A stretch of 64,000 nt of DNA from Chitinophagales bacterium (GTDB lineage Bacteria > Bacteroidota > Bacteroidia > Chitinophagales > JADIYW01), in the NCBI GenBank assembly GCA_046329805.1, contig JAXLUA010000004.1:183263-247262 (forward strand), written 5' to 3'. Shown here piece by piece: positions 1-9,728 of the stretch. A program made the translations under genes and the position numbers. The notes under the pieces are model-generated. The model had not been told where the DNA came from and ran no database searches. It saw only the letters and a program-made list of their open reading frames with translations. Within the stretch, counting starts at the first letter, position 1. Every line of letters starts with the position of its first letter.

Positions 1-20
1 AAAATAAAATAGCCAATAGC

Positions 21-61
21 ATAAAAATAAGGAGGCACATTGTATATGCCTCCTTATTTTT
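21..61 (-). terminator. Rho-independent (bidirectional) terminator downstream of purF
   Basis: 11-bp stem ATAAGGAGGCA (27-37) / TGCCTCCTTAT (47-57) with a 9-nt loop, flanked by an A-run (23-26) and a T-run (58-61). It lies just 3' of the minus-strand purF stop at 85. Confidence 0.6.
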
Positions 62-84
62 ATACCACTAATGAAGAATATCCA

Positions 85-1980
85 TCAATACGCTCTGATG
101 CTTTTGCCTTCCATGTAATTTATAAATGCGCTTAGTGCAACTCTATTACCTCCCGGTGTGGGATAATTGCCTGTAAAATACCAATCTCCTAAGTTAGTTG
201 GACAAGCTTCATGTAGATGTTCTATGGTTTGGTATATTACTTGAACATCCGAAAATATATGTTTAGGTTTTATAATATTGGCAATTTCATTAGAAATATC
301 TTCGTCTGTAAAAGGAGCATATACTTCTTTTACCAAATTTGTCATTTCCAAAACCGGTTTTTGTATTTCTTCTTTACAACGCAAGTATAAATTATTTAAG
401 AACGTGCTATCTTTTTGTTTCCACAATTGTACTGCTGCTTGGAATGCTACAAAACTGCCCATCTTACTCATATCTATGCCATAGCAATCCGGATAACGAA
501 TTTGTGGAGCTGAAGAAACCACAATTATTTTTTTGGGTTGTAATCTGTCTAACATCGTCAAAATACTTTCTTTCAAGGTTGTACCCCTAACGATAGAGTC
601 ATCTAACACCACTAATGTATCTTGATTATTTTTCACTAAGCCATACGTAACGTCATAAACATGATGTACTAAATCATTACGCGAAGTATCTTCCGTGATA
701 AACGTTCGCATTTTTACATCTTTAATTGCAATTTTTTCTATGCGCGGCATTATGGAAAGTTGCTCATGTAATGCGGTAGCAGATTTTATTTTTCCTTGTT
801 CAAATGCTTCTAATTTTAGTTGTACATGCTGCTTTTGAACTTCCTCGGTCATTCCAAGAAAAGCCACCTCTGCGGTATTGGGAATATAGGAAAATACGGT
901 GTTTTTAAAATCAAAATTTACAGCGTTTAAAATTGCCGGTACTAATAATTTTCCTAATTTTTTTCGCTCTTGATAAATTTCAAAATCACTACCTCTGGAA
1001 AAATATATACGTTCAAAGCTACAGGCTTTGCGCTCTAACGGCGTTGTACATTCCACCTCTCCTACGCTTCCGTCTTTTTTTATAATTAATGCATATCCGG
1101 GTTTTATTTCTTGCACTTTGCTTCTGTGCACATTAAATGCTGTTTGTATTGCCGGGCGTTCTGACGCAACAACTACCACTTCGTCATCTTTGTAATAATA
1201 TGCAGGACGTATGCCATTGGGGTCTCTTAAAACAAAAGCATCGCCATGCCCTATCATGCCGGCCATTGCATAGCCTCCATCAAAATCTTCAGCAGCGTTT
1301 TTCAGTATATTTGCCACATTTAGTCCGTTTTCTATTAATGGCGTAATCTCAGCATTCGACAGACCTGAAGGCTTATATTTTTTAAACTGCTGCTGGTTTT
1401 CCATATCCAAGAAATGTCCAATTTTTTCTAATACCGTCATGGTATCAGACATCTCGCGAGGAAATTGCCCTAAGGAAACTAACCTATCGAACAATTCGTT
1501 TACGTTAGTCATATTAAAATTTCCTGCGACAATCAACGTTCGTGTTTTCCAATTATTTGCTCTCACGCGCGGATGGCAGTTACTCATATCATTCCCTCCA
1601 TGTGTTCCATAGCGCAAATGTCCTAAGAGTAATTCGCCCATAAAAGGATAATTGTTTTTCACATACTCCATATCTTGGAGCTGTTCTTTTTCTTTATCTG
1701 ATAAATTGGAAAATCGACGGAAAATTTTATTGAATATATCTTGAATGGCTTGCTTATCTACACTTCGTTCTCTATCGAAATAGGCTTTACCGGGTTCACT
1801 ATCTAATTTTATGGTTGCTAATCCTGCGCCATCTTGCCCACGGTTATGCTGTTTTTCCATCAACAAATACATACGGTTTAGTCCGTAATGCAAGTCACCG
1901 TATTTTTCTTTGTAATACGAAAGAGGTTGGAGTAGCCGTATAAGGGCAATACCACATTCATGTTTGATTATATCGCTCAT
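85..1980 (-). CDS. purF: Amidophosphoribosyltransferase (long Bacteroidota type, class II glutamine amidotransferase)
   Basis: N-terminus MSDIIKHECGIALIRL (propeptide plus catalytic Cys) and PRTase motif VVLDDSIVRGTT. The ORF-track start at 2118 was trimmed to the ATG at 1980; the upstream 46 aa look like non-coding read-through. Confidence 0.9.
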   Translation of the reverse strand: MSDIIKHECGIALIRLLQPLSYYKEKYGDLHYGLNRMYLLMEKQHNRGQDGAGLATIKLDSEPGKAYFDRERSVDKQAIQDIFNKIFRRFSNLSDKEKEQLQDMEYVKNNYPFMGELLLGHLRYGTHGGNDMSNCHPRVRANNWKTRTLIVAGNFNMTNVNELFDRLVSLGQFPREMSDTMTVLEKIGHFLDMENQQQFKKYKPSGLSNAEITPLIENGLNVANILKNAAEDFDGGYAMAGMIGHGDAFVLRDPNGIRPAYYYKDDEVVVVASERPAIQTAFNVHRSKVQEIKPGYALIIKKDGSVGEVECTTPLERKACSFERIYFSRGSDFEIYQERKKLGKLLVPAILNAVNFDFKNTVFSYIPNTAEVAFLGMTEEVQKQHVQLKLEAFEQGKIKSATALHEQLSIMPRIEKIAIKDVKMRTFITEDTSRNDLVHHVYDVTYGLVKNNQDTLVVLDDSIVRGTTLKESILTMLDRLQPKKIIVVSSAPQIRYPDCYGIDMSKMGSFVAFQAAVQLWKQKDSTFLNNLYLRCKEEIQKPVLEMTNLVKEVYAPFTDEDISNEIANIIKPKHIFSDVQVIYQTIEHLHEACPTNLGDWYFTGNYPTPGGNRVALSAFINYMEGKSIRAY

Positions 1981-2146
1981 TTCCTGAAGGAAAATTAGTA
2001 TGCACAAAAATACGATTTGTTTTTGAAAGGGTATTGTACAAAATATAAAGCCTAAGTTATTATTGTGGATATTGAGGATACTCTCTTTCCAATCATCAAC
2101 CAATAGACCGCTTTTCATGAATTGAAATGCTTATTTTTGCTGTCTA

Positions 2147-2860
2147 ATGGCAAATTCTTATTTTCAATTTAAACAATTTAAAGTACAGCAAGATAATTGC
2201 GCCATGAAAGTTTGTACAGATTCTTGTTTGTTCGGAGCATGGCTTGCTGAATTACCGGAGTTCAAAAATGCATTAGACATCGGTGGCGGAACCGGCTTAT
2301 TAAGTTTAATGCTGGCACAACAAAATACAGTTCATATAGAAACCATTGAGATAGATGCTGCCGCCGCCGCACAAGCTCATGAAAATATACGACAATCCCC
2401 TTGGGCAGATAGAATAACTGTAATAAACGCAGATGTACGTTATTTTTCATCTCCTGCACAATATGATTTAATTTTTACCAATCCTCCATTTTATGAGCTG
2501 GATTTAATTTCAAAAAACAGTGGTGAACAAGCGGCTAAACACTCTACTCATTTATCTTTAGATGAATTACTGCTTTTCGTAGAGAAACAACTTTCTACTG
2601 ATGGTATTTTTGCCATTTTATTACCTTACAAACGAAAAACAGAATTTGAGCAAAAAGCAGCCGGATATGGTTTATTTCCGTTTAAACGTGCGTTCCTTCA
2701 ACAAACGCCTACACACTCATTTTTTCGATATATGGCATTATTTAGTAGAAATAAAATAGACAGCGAAATAATAGAAGAAAAAATAAGTATTAAAGACAGC
2801 AATAATCAATACGCTCCAATAGTTCAAAAGTACCTAAAACCATATTATTTGCATCTTTAA
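2147..2860 (+). CDS. trmN6: tRNA1(Val) (adenine37-N6)-methyltransferase (YfiC/TrmN6 family)
   Basis: N-terminus FKQFKVQQDNCAMKVCTDSCLFGAW, SAM motif DIGGGTGLLSLMLAQ and catalytic TNPPFY (NPPY) motif. Confidence 0.75.
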   Translation: MANSYFQFKQFKVQQDNCAMKVCTDSCLFGAWLAELPEFKNALDIGGGTGLLSLMLAQQNTVHIETIEIDAAAAAQAHENIRQSPWADRITVINADVRYFSSPAQYDLIFTNPPFYELDLISKNSGEQAAKHSTHLSLDELLLFVEKQLSTDGIFAILLPYKRKTEFEQKAAGYGLFPFKRAFLQQTPTHSFFRYMALFSRNKIDSEIIEEKISIKDSNNQYAPIVQKYLKPYYLHL

Positions 2861-2967
2861 AAACAAAATAAAATGCATTGGGTACTACAGTATGAATCTT
2901 TGGAGAATACTATTAGAAAAATACAATAACTTAAATAGTTTAGTTAACTTTAGTAAAAATAATTCTA

Positions 2968-4818
2968 ATGAAGCGATTTTTACTATGCTATGTTTTAGCT
3001 TTTGGTGCACTATTTTCCTCAAAAGCTATGGAGCCTATTTCAAGTTTAGAGCGTTCGATGGTGGATACATCATTGATACCGTTTTACCATGGAGTAGCTT
3101 CGGGAGATCCATTACCCGACAAAGTAATTATTTGGACTCGCGTAACTCCGGATGTTGATGGCGCAGTAAACGGAACATGGCGAGTAGCTTTAGACACTAA
3201 TTTCACTTCTATCGTTCAAAGCGGAACATTTACAGCAGATAGTTCCAGAGATTATTGTGTAAAAATAGATGTAAGCGGATTACAGCCTAATACTTGGTAT
3301 TTTTATAATTTTACGGCATTAGGCAGAAACTCCCAAACCGGCCGAACCAAAACAGCTCCGGTAGGTGGAGTGGATCAGTTGCGTTTTGCATTTACATCTT
3401 GCTCCCATTATCCCAATGGTTATTTTAATGCTTATAGCAGAATTAGAGATCGAAACGACATCGATGCAATTTTACATCTTGGCGATTATATTTATGAATA
3501 TGGAACTGGAGCGGGCGCGGTAAGAACCGATCAAAAACCAAGTTATGAAATCATCCGACTTGCAGATTATCGACAACGTTATTCTACGCACCGATTAGAT
3601 CCTGATTGCAGAAGAATGCACCAACAATATCCTTTTATTTCTATATGGGATGATCATGAAACGGCTAATAATTCCTATAAAGATGGTGCTGAAAATCATA
3701 CCCCCGCCACGGAAGGGCCATGGAGCGCAAGAAAATCAGCAGGAGAAGAAGCTAACGACGAATGGATTCCGCGAAGACTTCCGGAGCCGGGGAACATCAA
3801 TAAAATATGGCGGAAAATAAGCTATGGAAATTTAGCAGACCTCTTTTTGTTAGACACACGATTGTACGCACGTACACAACAAGGCGGCAATGTAAATGAT
3901 ACCTCTAAACATATTATTGGAAATGAGCAATTACAATGGCTGAAAACTGAAATGATGAACTCAACAGCCAAATGGAAAATTATTGCACAACAAGTGATGA
4001 TGGGCAATCTTACGCCTTTTGGAATTACGGTGAATGATGACCAATGGGATGGATATACTGCTGATAGAAAAAAATTATACGACATTATTTTAAACAATAA
4101 TATACAAAATATAGTTGTACTTACCGGCGATATACATACCGCTTGGGCGATGGATTTACCTTATAATACAGCGACTTACAATGCAACCACCGGAGCAGGT
4201 TCTGTTGGGGTGGAGTTTGTATGCACCAGTGTTACTTCTTCCTCCTCCCCTGTTCCTTTGGATCCATTGTATCCATTAGTATCAGCAATATTGCCGCATA
4301 TTAAATATGTTGACTTATACAAAAAAGGATATGGCGTTTTAGATTTAACCGCCGATAAAGCTCAAGGGAATTTTTATGGGTTAAAAACGATTACGACCAG
4401 AGACACCAACCAAACATTTGAATCGGCGTGGTACACATTACCGGGCACGAGATGGCTAAAAAAAGCAACTAATGCATCTGTAAAAAATATTCCAAATATT
4501 TATTTTGCCCCGGAAACACCCATTCAAAATATCACCACTGGCATAAAAAATTATGCGAAAGATATTGTAATGCTGAGTGCCTACCCCAACCCATTTGTCG
4601 ATAAAATTACACTTCAGTTTAACATTTCCACCTCTTCTGCTGTTGATGTATTCGTTTACGATATAACCGGTAAATTTGTACAACAACAATCATTAGGTTT
4701 TTTAACTAAAGGCCTTTATGACAAACAAATAGAACTTGGAGGCTTGGCAGCCGGTGCTTATAAATTAGTACTAAAAAATAATTCAGCAATCATTGAACGA
4801 ACCATCGAAAAATTTTAA
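2968..4818 (+). CDS. PhoD-family alkaline phosphatase with T9SS type-A C-terminal sorting domain
   Basis: Signal peptide, PhoD signature HGVASGDPLPDKVIIWTRV, metallophosphatase motifs HLGDYIYEY and WDDHE. The C-terminal ~80 aa are Por_Secre_tail-like (SAYPNPFVDKITLQF...YKLVL). Confidence 0.85.
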   Translation: MKRFLLCYVLAFGALFSSKAMEPISSLERSMVDTSLIPFYHGVASGDPLPDKVIIWTRVTPDVDGAVNGTWRVALDTNFTSIVQSGTFTADSSRDYCVKIDVSGLQPNTWYFYNFTALGRNSQTGRTKTAPVGGVDQLRFAFTSCSHYPNGYFNAYSRIRDRNDIDAILHLGDYIYEYGTGAGAVRTDQKPSYEIIRLADYRQRYSTHRLDPDCRRMHQQYPFISIWDDHETANNSYKDGAENHTPATEGPWSARKSAGEEANDEWIPRRLPEPGNINKIWRKISYGNLADLFLLDTRLYARTQQGGNVNDTSKHIIGNEQLQWLKTEMMNSTAKWKIIAQQVMMGNLTPFGITVNDDQWDGYTADRKKLYDIILNNNIQNIVVLTGDIHTAWAMDLPYNTATYNATTGAGSVGVEFVCTSVTSSSSPVPLDPLYPLVSAILPHIKYVDLYKKGYGVLDLTADKAQGNFYGLKTITTRDTNQTFESAWYTLPGTRWLKKATNASVKNIPNIYFAPETPIQNITTGIKNYAKDIVMLSAYPNPFVDKITLQFNISTSSAVDVFVYDITGKFVQQQSLGFLTKGLYDKQIELGGLAAGAYKLVLKNNSAIIERTIEKF

Positions 4819-4819
4819 A

Positions 4820-5410
4820 ATGAAAATGGAAAAACAGAAACACAAAAATAACAAGAACACTGCTGTGGCAAAAGAATTTACGGCTTCTTACACCTACCCT
4901 ATTGGAAAGTATAAAGCTCCTGAAAAACTAAATGAGAAAGCATTAAAAGCATGTATTGATGATATTCGAGCTTTGCCCGAACTATTACAGGATGCCATAA
5001 AAAAGGTAAATAAAAAGAAGAAATTACAATATACGTATAGAGATGGCGGCTGGACAATAGAACAGATTGTTCATCATCTTGCAGATAGCCACGCTAATGC
5101 TTATATCCGATTTAAACTGGCACTTACAGAAAACAACCCTACTATTGCACCTTATGATGAGAATTTATGGGCAGAAACCGCAGATGTGCAAATGCCGATA
5201 AAAGTATCTTATCATTTACTAAAAGCATTACACAAAAAATGGGTAGTGTTATTAGAAAACATGGATTCAAATGATTGGAAGCGTACCTATTTTCATCCGG
5301 CAAAGAAACAAGAAGTAGCATTAGATGAAATGATATCTTTATATGCTTGGCATGGGAAACACCATGTAGCACAAATAATTGCTGCATTAAAGAAACATAA
5401 GGAGCACTAA
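4820..5410 (+). CDS. DinB/YfiT-family metal-dependent protein
   Basis: WTIEQIVHHLADSHANAY and WHGKHHVAQI match the His-triad pattern of the YfiT/DinB fold. The start was moved to the ATG at 4820, just after the PhoD stop; the ORF-track start at 4793 overlaps PhoD. Confidence 0.7.
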   Translation: MKMEKQKHKNNKNTAVAKEFTASYTYPIGKYKAPEKLNEKALKACIDDIRALPELLQDAIKKVNKKKKLQYTYRDGGWTIEQIVHHLADSHANAYIRFKLALTENNPTIAPYDENLWAETADVQMPIKVSYHLLKALHKKWVVLLENMDSNDWKRTYFHPAKKQEVALDEMISLYAWHGKHHVAQIIAALKKHKEH

Positions 5411-5426
5411 CCTTATTCTGTAAAAT

Positions 5427-6587
5427 TTATTGAATGGCTTGCTGCGGAAACAATTCCGCTAACTTTGCTGCTAATGCTTCGCCGCGTAAGTTTTTAGCAA
5501 TTACCTTTCCGGTTTTGTCTAATAAATACGTGCTTGGAATTGATTCAATGTGATATTGCTGTGCCGGAGCTGAATTCCATCCGCCAAAATCACATCCATG
5601 GTTTTTCCAAATTAAACCATCTTTAGCAATTGCTTTTTTCCATTGTTCGGCATTAGCATCTAAAGACACCGAAAAAACTTCAAATCCTTTGTCGTGATAT
5701 TTTTTATACAATGCGACTACATTTGGATTTTCCATTCTGCAAGGGTTGCACCACGATGCCCAAAAATCTAATAAAACATAGTTCCCCTGTAGGTTTTTTA
5801 ATTGAATAGTATCTCCGCCGGGGCTTTGTAAAATGATATTTGGTGCTTGTGCATTTAATGCCACTCCGCCTTCATTCTCTTGCAGCATGGCATCACGGTA
5901 TTGCTTCATTTGTTTATACCAACCATCAATATATTTCGATTCCGGGTCTGATTTATGTAATTTCTCTATCTCATCAACCAAGTACGGAATTTCTTCTTGC
6001 AACATTGGGCCTAAATAATTTAAAGCAAAACAAGCTACGTCTGTATTCTTTTCCTTATTTATAAAATCTTTAATATAATCTACATACGCCTTTTTCTCGC
6101 TTGTAAATATTTTCAGTAAAGAATCTTTTTGTGCCGGTGTTGCAGCTCGTAATTTGGAATAGGAAGAATCTAATAGCGTAAAACGTGCTTTAGAAATAGA
6201 CACTAACTGCTGAATAGAAATAGAGCCTTTATTTCCTTTTACCGTATAATCTTCTAATTGTTTATAGTCACCATCTAATACAATATGATCGTTCGGGGCA
6301 ATGTATAAAAAAATAGAGCGGGTTGCATCATCGCCAAATCTCAAACGGTAAATGCCTTTTGAGGAGTAATTCTTTAATTTAAACGCTCTGTTGCGAATAG
6401 TAATTGTATCTAAAACGGTAGGGGTTTCTGTGGTAATATCTTCTAAACTCACCTTTACCCCATCCCCATTTTTTATTGTTCCATCTATGCTATAACCGTT
6501 AAAGTGTTTACAAGACGTAGTTATACTTATCAGCACCACAATAAGTGCAATATTTTTCATTACTGTATTCTTAATATTAGTTTTCAT
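5427..6587 (-). CDS. TlpA/ResA-like thiol-disulfide oxidoreductase lipoprotein (N-terminal DUF4369-like domain plus thioredoxin fold)
   Basis: Lipobox ITTSC, and thioredoxin active site WASWCNPCRMENP in the C-terminal domain. Confidence 0.8.
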   Translation of the reverse strand: MKTNIKNTVMKNIALIVVLISITTSCKHFNGYSIDGTIKNGDGVKVSLEDITTETPTVLDTITIRNRAFKLKNYSSKGIYRLRFGDDATRSIFLYIAPNDHIVLDGDYKQLEDYTVKGNKGSISIQQLVSISKARFTLLDSSYSKLRAATPAQKDSLLKIFTSEKKAYVDYIKDFINKEKNTDVACFALNYLGPMLQEEIPYLVDEIEKLHKSDPESKYIDGWYKQMKQYRDAMLQENEGGVALNAQAPNIILQSPGGDTIQLKNLQGNYVLLDFWASWCNPCRMENPNVVALYKKYHDKGFEVFSVSLDANAEQWKKAIAKDGLIWKNHGCDFGGWNSAPAQQYHIESIPSTYLLDKTGKVIAKNLRGEALAAKLAELFPQQAIQ

Positions 6588-6696
6588 CTGTTTAAATTTA
6601 TTGTTTTTAATTGTGTATTTCGTTCCGAATATTCGGAACGAAATTACTCATGCTCATTTCATATTCTACTGCTTTTTGTAATGCACAGCAAATATA
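6588..6696 (-). promoter_or_regulatory. Conserved 5' leader: candidate -7 box, 16-aa MSMSN uORF, 28-bp perfect palindrome
   Basis: Read on the minus strand. TATATTTG (6689-6696) matches the Bacteroidota -7 consensus TAnnTTTG. The uORF runs 6657-6607. The perfect palindrome ATTTCGTTCCGAAT/ATTCGGAACGAAAT spans 6617-6644. This leader is a near-identical paralogue of 55426-55532. Confidence 0.5.
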
Positions 6697-6958
6697 CAAC
6701 TTTTAAAAACGGACTATATGTTTATAGTTTTATAAAAATCCAAATTAATGTTAATGATAGCTACAGGGATGTACTTTGCATTTAAAAGCAAAGGATAATC
6801 AAATAAAGGTATTTCATTCTATTTTTTATACCGTTTGTAACCTTTTAATACGATGGTTGCTCTAATAGGTTAGTGATGTAAAAAAAGAATTTTAAAATTA
6901 ATTGTAACCTTTTTGAAGCACCACTACTCTAATAGTAAAACAAATAAAAATTAGTAAA

Positions 6959-7624
6959 ATGAAAACTTCAGTAAAATTATCGACACCAAAAGGCAGAACA
7001 CTTAGTTTAATTTTTGTATTTGCCATTTCCTTATTATCAACTTTTACACTACAAAGTTGTAAGAAAGAAACCGTATCTCCATTGGATAGCGAACAGTACG
7101 CACAACTACACGAAGCAATGCACACCCTTTGGGCGGATCACATGCAATATACTTATGCTACAGTAGATGCATTTTTCAATAATGGCGATGCGTTAAGCAG
7201 TAATTTAACACGTTTATTAAAAAACCAAGAAGATATTGGGAATGGAATTAAGCCCTACTATGGTGAGGCTGCCGGCGACAGCTTAACCAGCTTACTAAAA
7301 GCACATATTAACGGAGCTGTACCAATTCTTACAGCAGTAAAAAACGGTACGGATCCTACAGCAGCAATTAATGATTGGTATGCTAATGCAAAACTTATCG
7401 GTCAATTTCTCGAAAGTGCAAATCCTAAAAATTGGAAAGGTACAGAAATGGAAGATATGATGAAAACACACATCGACCAAACGATAAAATATGCATTGGA
7501 CTTACATAATAAAGATTATACAAATGCTATTAAAAATTATGATATTGCCTTTGCCCACATGACAGAAATGATGGCTGATATGTTATCGCAAGGTATTGCA
7601 AAACAATTCCCTAATAAATTCTAA
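6959..7624 (+). CDS. Hypothetical lipoprotein
   Basis: Signal peptide with lipobox LQSC. The rest looks helical, and no family was recognised. Confidence 0.6.
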   Translation: MKTSVKLSTPKGRTLSLIFVFAISLLSTFTLQSCKKETVSPLDSEQYAQLHEAMHTLWADHMQYTYATVDAFFNNGDALSSNLTRLLKNQEDIGNGIKPYYGEAAGDSLTSLLKAHINGAVPILTAVKNGTDPTAAINDWYANAKLIGQFLESANPKNWKGTEMEDMMKTHIDQTIKYALDLHNKDYTNAIKNYDIAFAHMTEMMADMLSQGIAKQFPNKF

Positions 7625-7732
7625 TAGTTTCAAAATATTTAACGGGTAGGAGAAATATGTCGGGTTATTCGCTCCTATTCCGTTAAATAAACCCATTTTT
7701 CCAACTACTTTTTATTCTTAAAAAAGTAACTG

Positions 7733-7763
7733 TCCGGTTCTATTTTGAACCGGATATTTTTTT
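7733..7763 (+). terminator. Rho-independent terminator
   Basis: Stem TCCGGTTC (7733-7740) / GAACCGGA (7747-7754) followed by a T7 run (7757-7763). A second long imperfect hairpin at 7637-7688 precedes it. Confidence 0.65.
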
Positions 7764-7849
7764 GGATAAATAATAAATGCGCAATACTTCAAAAAGGATT
7801 CACGACTAAATTAAAATTTGTTTATTTGCTATCTTTGCAAAAAACAGCC

Positions 7850-8428
7850 ATGAGTTTAGAACAATCGCTACAAAAACGAAGTAACAATCAATGCGAGTTG
7901 TGCGGAGCTTCAGATACATTAAGCATATACGATGTACCGCCAAATGCACAGCAACGAGAAGAAGACAGCCTTTTCCTTTGCACCACCTGCAAAGAACAAA
8001 TAGAAAAACGCAAACCCTTAGATGCAGCGCATTGGAAATTCCTATTAGAAAGTATGTGGAGTGAAATCCCCGCCGTACAAGTAGTTTCGTGGCGAATGCT
8101 TCAACGTTTCAGAGAGGAAAGTTGGGCGGCAGACGCATTAGATATGCTATATTTTGATGAAGCACAATTAGCATGGGCAAAAGCAACCGGCGACCATGAA
8201 AACTCTGCCGAAGTGGACCTCCATAAAGATTGCAATGGCACTGTATTGGAAAATGGCGACACCGTAGTACTCATCAAATCCTTAGATGTAAAAGGCTCTA
8301 CCGTAAATGCGCGATTAGGTACCGTTGTCAAAAATATTAGATTAGTACACGATAACACAGCACAAATAGAAGGAAAAATAGAAGGTCAAACCATCGTTAT
8401 TTTAACCAAATACGTTCGCAAAGGGTAG
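7850..8428 (+). CDS. phnA: PhnA protein (zinc-ribbon plus PhnA C-terminal domain)
   Basis: CELCG...CTTC zinc ribbon. The C-terminus DCNGTVLENGDTVVLIKSLDVKGS...IEGKIEGQTIVILTKYVRK is typical of PhnA. The start was trimmed to the ATG at 7850. Confidence 0.8.
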   Translation: MSLEQSLQKRSNNQCELCGASDTLSIYDVPPNAQQREEDSLFLCTTCKEQIEKRKPLDAAHWKFLLESMWSEIPAVQVVSWRMLQRFREESWAADALDMLYFDEAQLAWAKATGDHENSAEVDLHKDCNGTVLENGDTVVLIKSLDVKGSTVNARLGTVVKNIRLVHDNTAQIEGKIEGQTIVILTKYVRKG

Positions 8429-8472
8429 ATTATATTTCTATAAACCTTAATTGTTTTCTTTATTTTTGTACT

Positions 8473-9723
8473 ATGCTCACACCAGAAATTTCCATATTAA
8501 CCCTCCTTATCATTGGTTTTATCATATTCGATTTTATTCTTGAAACCATTTTGGATACTTTAAATGCTAAAACGTGGGATATTCCTATTCCTAAAGAACT
8601 GGAGGGTATTTACGATGAAGAAAAATATGCTAAAGCCAAAAAATACCATCAGGCCACGCAACGGATAAGCACCCTATCCACAATAATTAGTACAGTGCTA
8701 ACTATAGCCGTACTTTGGTGGAAAGGATTTGCATTTGTACATATATACATTACACAATTTACGCTTTCTCCTATTTTACAAGCAGTATTATTTTTCGGAG
8801 TGTTTGCAGTTGCCTCTTCTATCATTGGTCTTCCGTTTGAGTTATATAGCATTTTTGTGATAGAAGAAAAATTTGGATTTAATAAAATGACATGGAAGAC
8901 CTATCTCTCCGATAAAATAAAAGGAATACTTTTGGGAGCTAGTATAGGCGGTATTCTATTGAGTCTTTTCGTCTGGTTTTACACCATTGCAGGTACACTA
9001 TTTTGGATATATGCATGGATACTATTTTCTGCATTTACCCTTTTCTTCTCCATGTTTTACACCAGTATTATTGTTCCTATTTTTAATAAATTAAACCCAT
9101 TAGAAGAGGGAGCACTTAGAGAAAAAATTGAATTATTTGCAAAGAAAATCAACTTTCCGCTTACCAATATCTTTGTAATAGATGGCTCGAAAAGAAGTAC
9201 TAAAGCCAATGCCTATTTTAGCGGATTAGGCAATAAAAAAACAATCGTATTATTCGATACATTAATTAACGAACAAACCGAAGACGAATTGGTAAGTGTG
9301 CTGGCACATGAAGTAGGTCATTATAAAATGAAACACATCCAAAAGGGAATGATAATAGGCATACTACAAATGGGTGCTTTATTATTTTTATTATCTCTAT
9401 TCATCAATAAGCCCGAATTATCGCAAGCTTTAGGGTTGCAAACCGATATTCCTATCTTTCATTTGGGGTTAATTGCATTTAGTTTACTATACAGCCCTAT
9501 TTCCATGCTTACCGGAATATTTATGAATATACTTTCGCGCAAAAATGAATTTGAAGCCGATAATTATGCCAAAGAAAATATCGGTACGGGCATCTACTTA
9601 ATTAGTGCACTACGCAAACTGTCTGCCAACAATTTATCCAACTTGAATCCGAATAAATGGTACGTGTTCTTCCATTATTCACACCCTCCCCTCTTAGAGC
9701 GTGTTCGTAATTTAATGAAGTAA
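8473..9723 (+). CDS. M48 family integral-membrane zinc metalloprotease (Ste24/CAAX prenyl protease-like)
   Basis: Multiple TM helices, HEVGHYKMKH (HExxH), and the C-terminal NEFEAD...HPPLLERV motif. Confidence 0.85.
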   Translation: MLTPEISILTLLIIGFIIFDFILETILDTLNAKTWDIPIPKELEGIYDEEKYAKAKKYHQATQRISTLSTIISTVLTIAVLWWKGFAFVHIYITQFTLSPILQAVLFFGVFAVASSIIGLPFELYSIFVIEEKFGFNKMTWKTYLSDKIKGILLGASIGGILLSLFVWFYTIAGTLFWIYAWILFSAFTLFFSMFYTSIIVPIFNKLNPLEEGALREKIELFAKKINFPLTNIFVIDGSKRSTKANAYFSGLGNKKTIVLFDTLINEQTEDELVSVLAHEVGHYKMKHIQKGMIIGILQMGALLFLLSLFINKPELSQALGLQTDIPIFHLGLIAFSLLYSPISMLTGIFMNILSRKNEFEADNYAKENIGTGIYLISALRKLSANNLSNLNPNKWYVFFHYSHPPLLERVRNLMK

Positions 9724-9728
9724 TTGGC

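Noticed and set aside
85-2118. Longer ORF-track starts for purF (2118), phnA (7745), rplU (11077), M48 lipoprotein (21896), prfC (38712), GATase (51398) and the 229-aa protein (25483)
   Set aside because: The conserved N-termini or signal peptides begin at internal ATGs. The upstream extensions are hydrophobic or low-complexity read-through, or they overlap the preceding gene.
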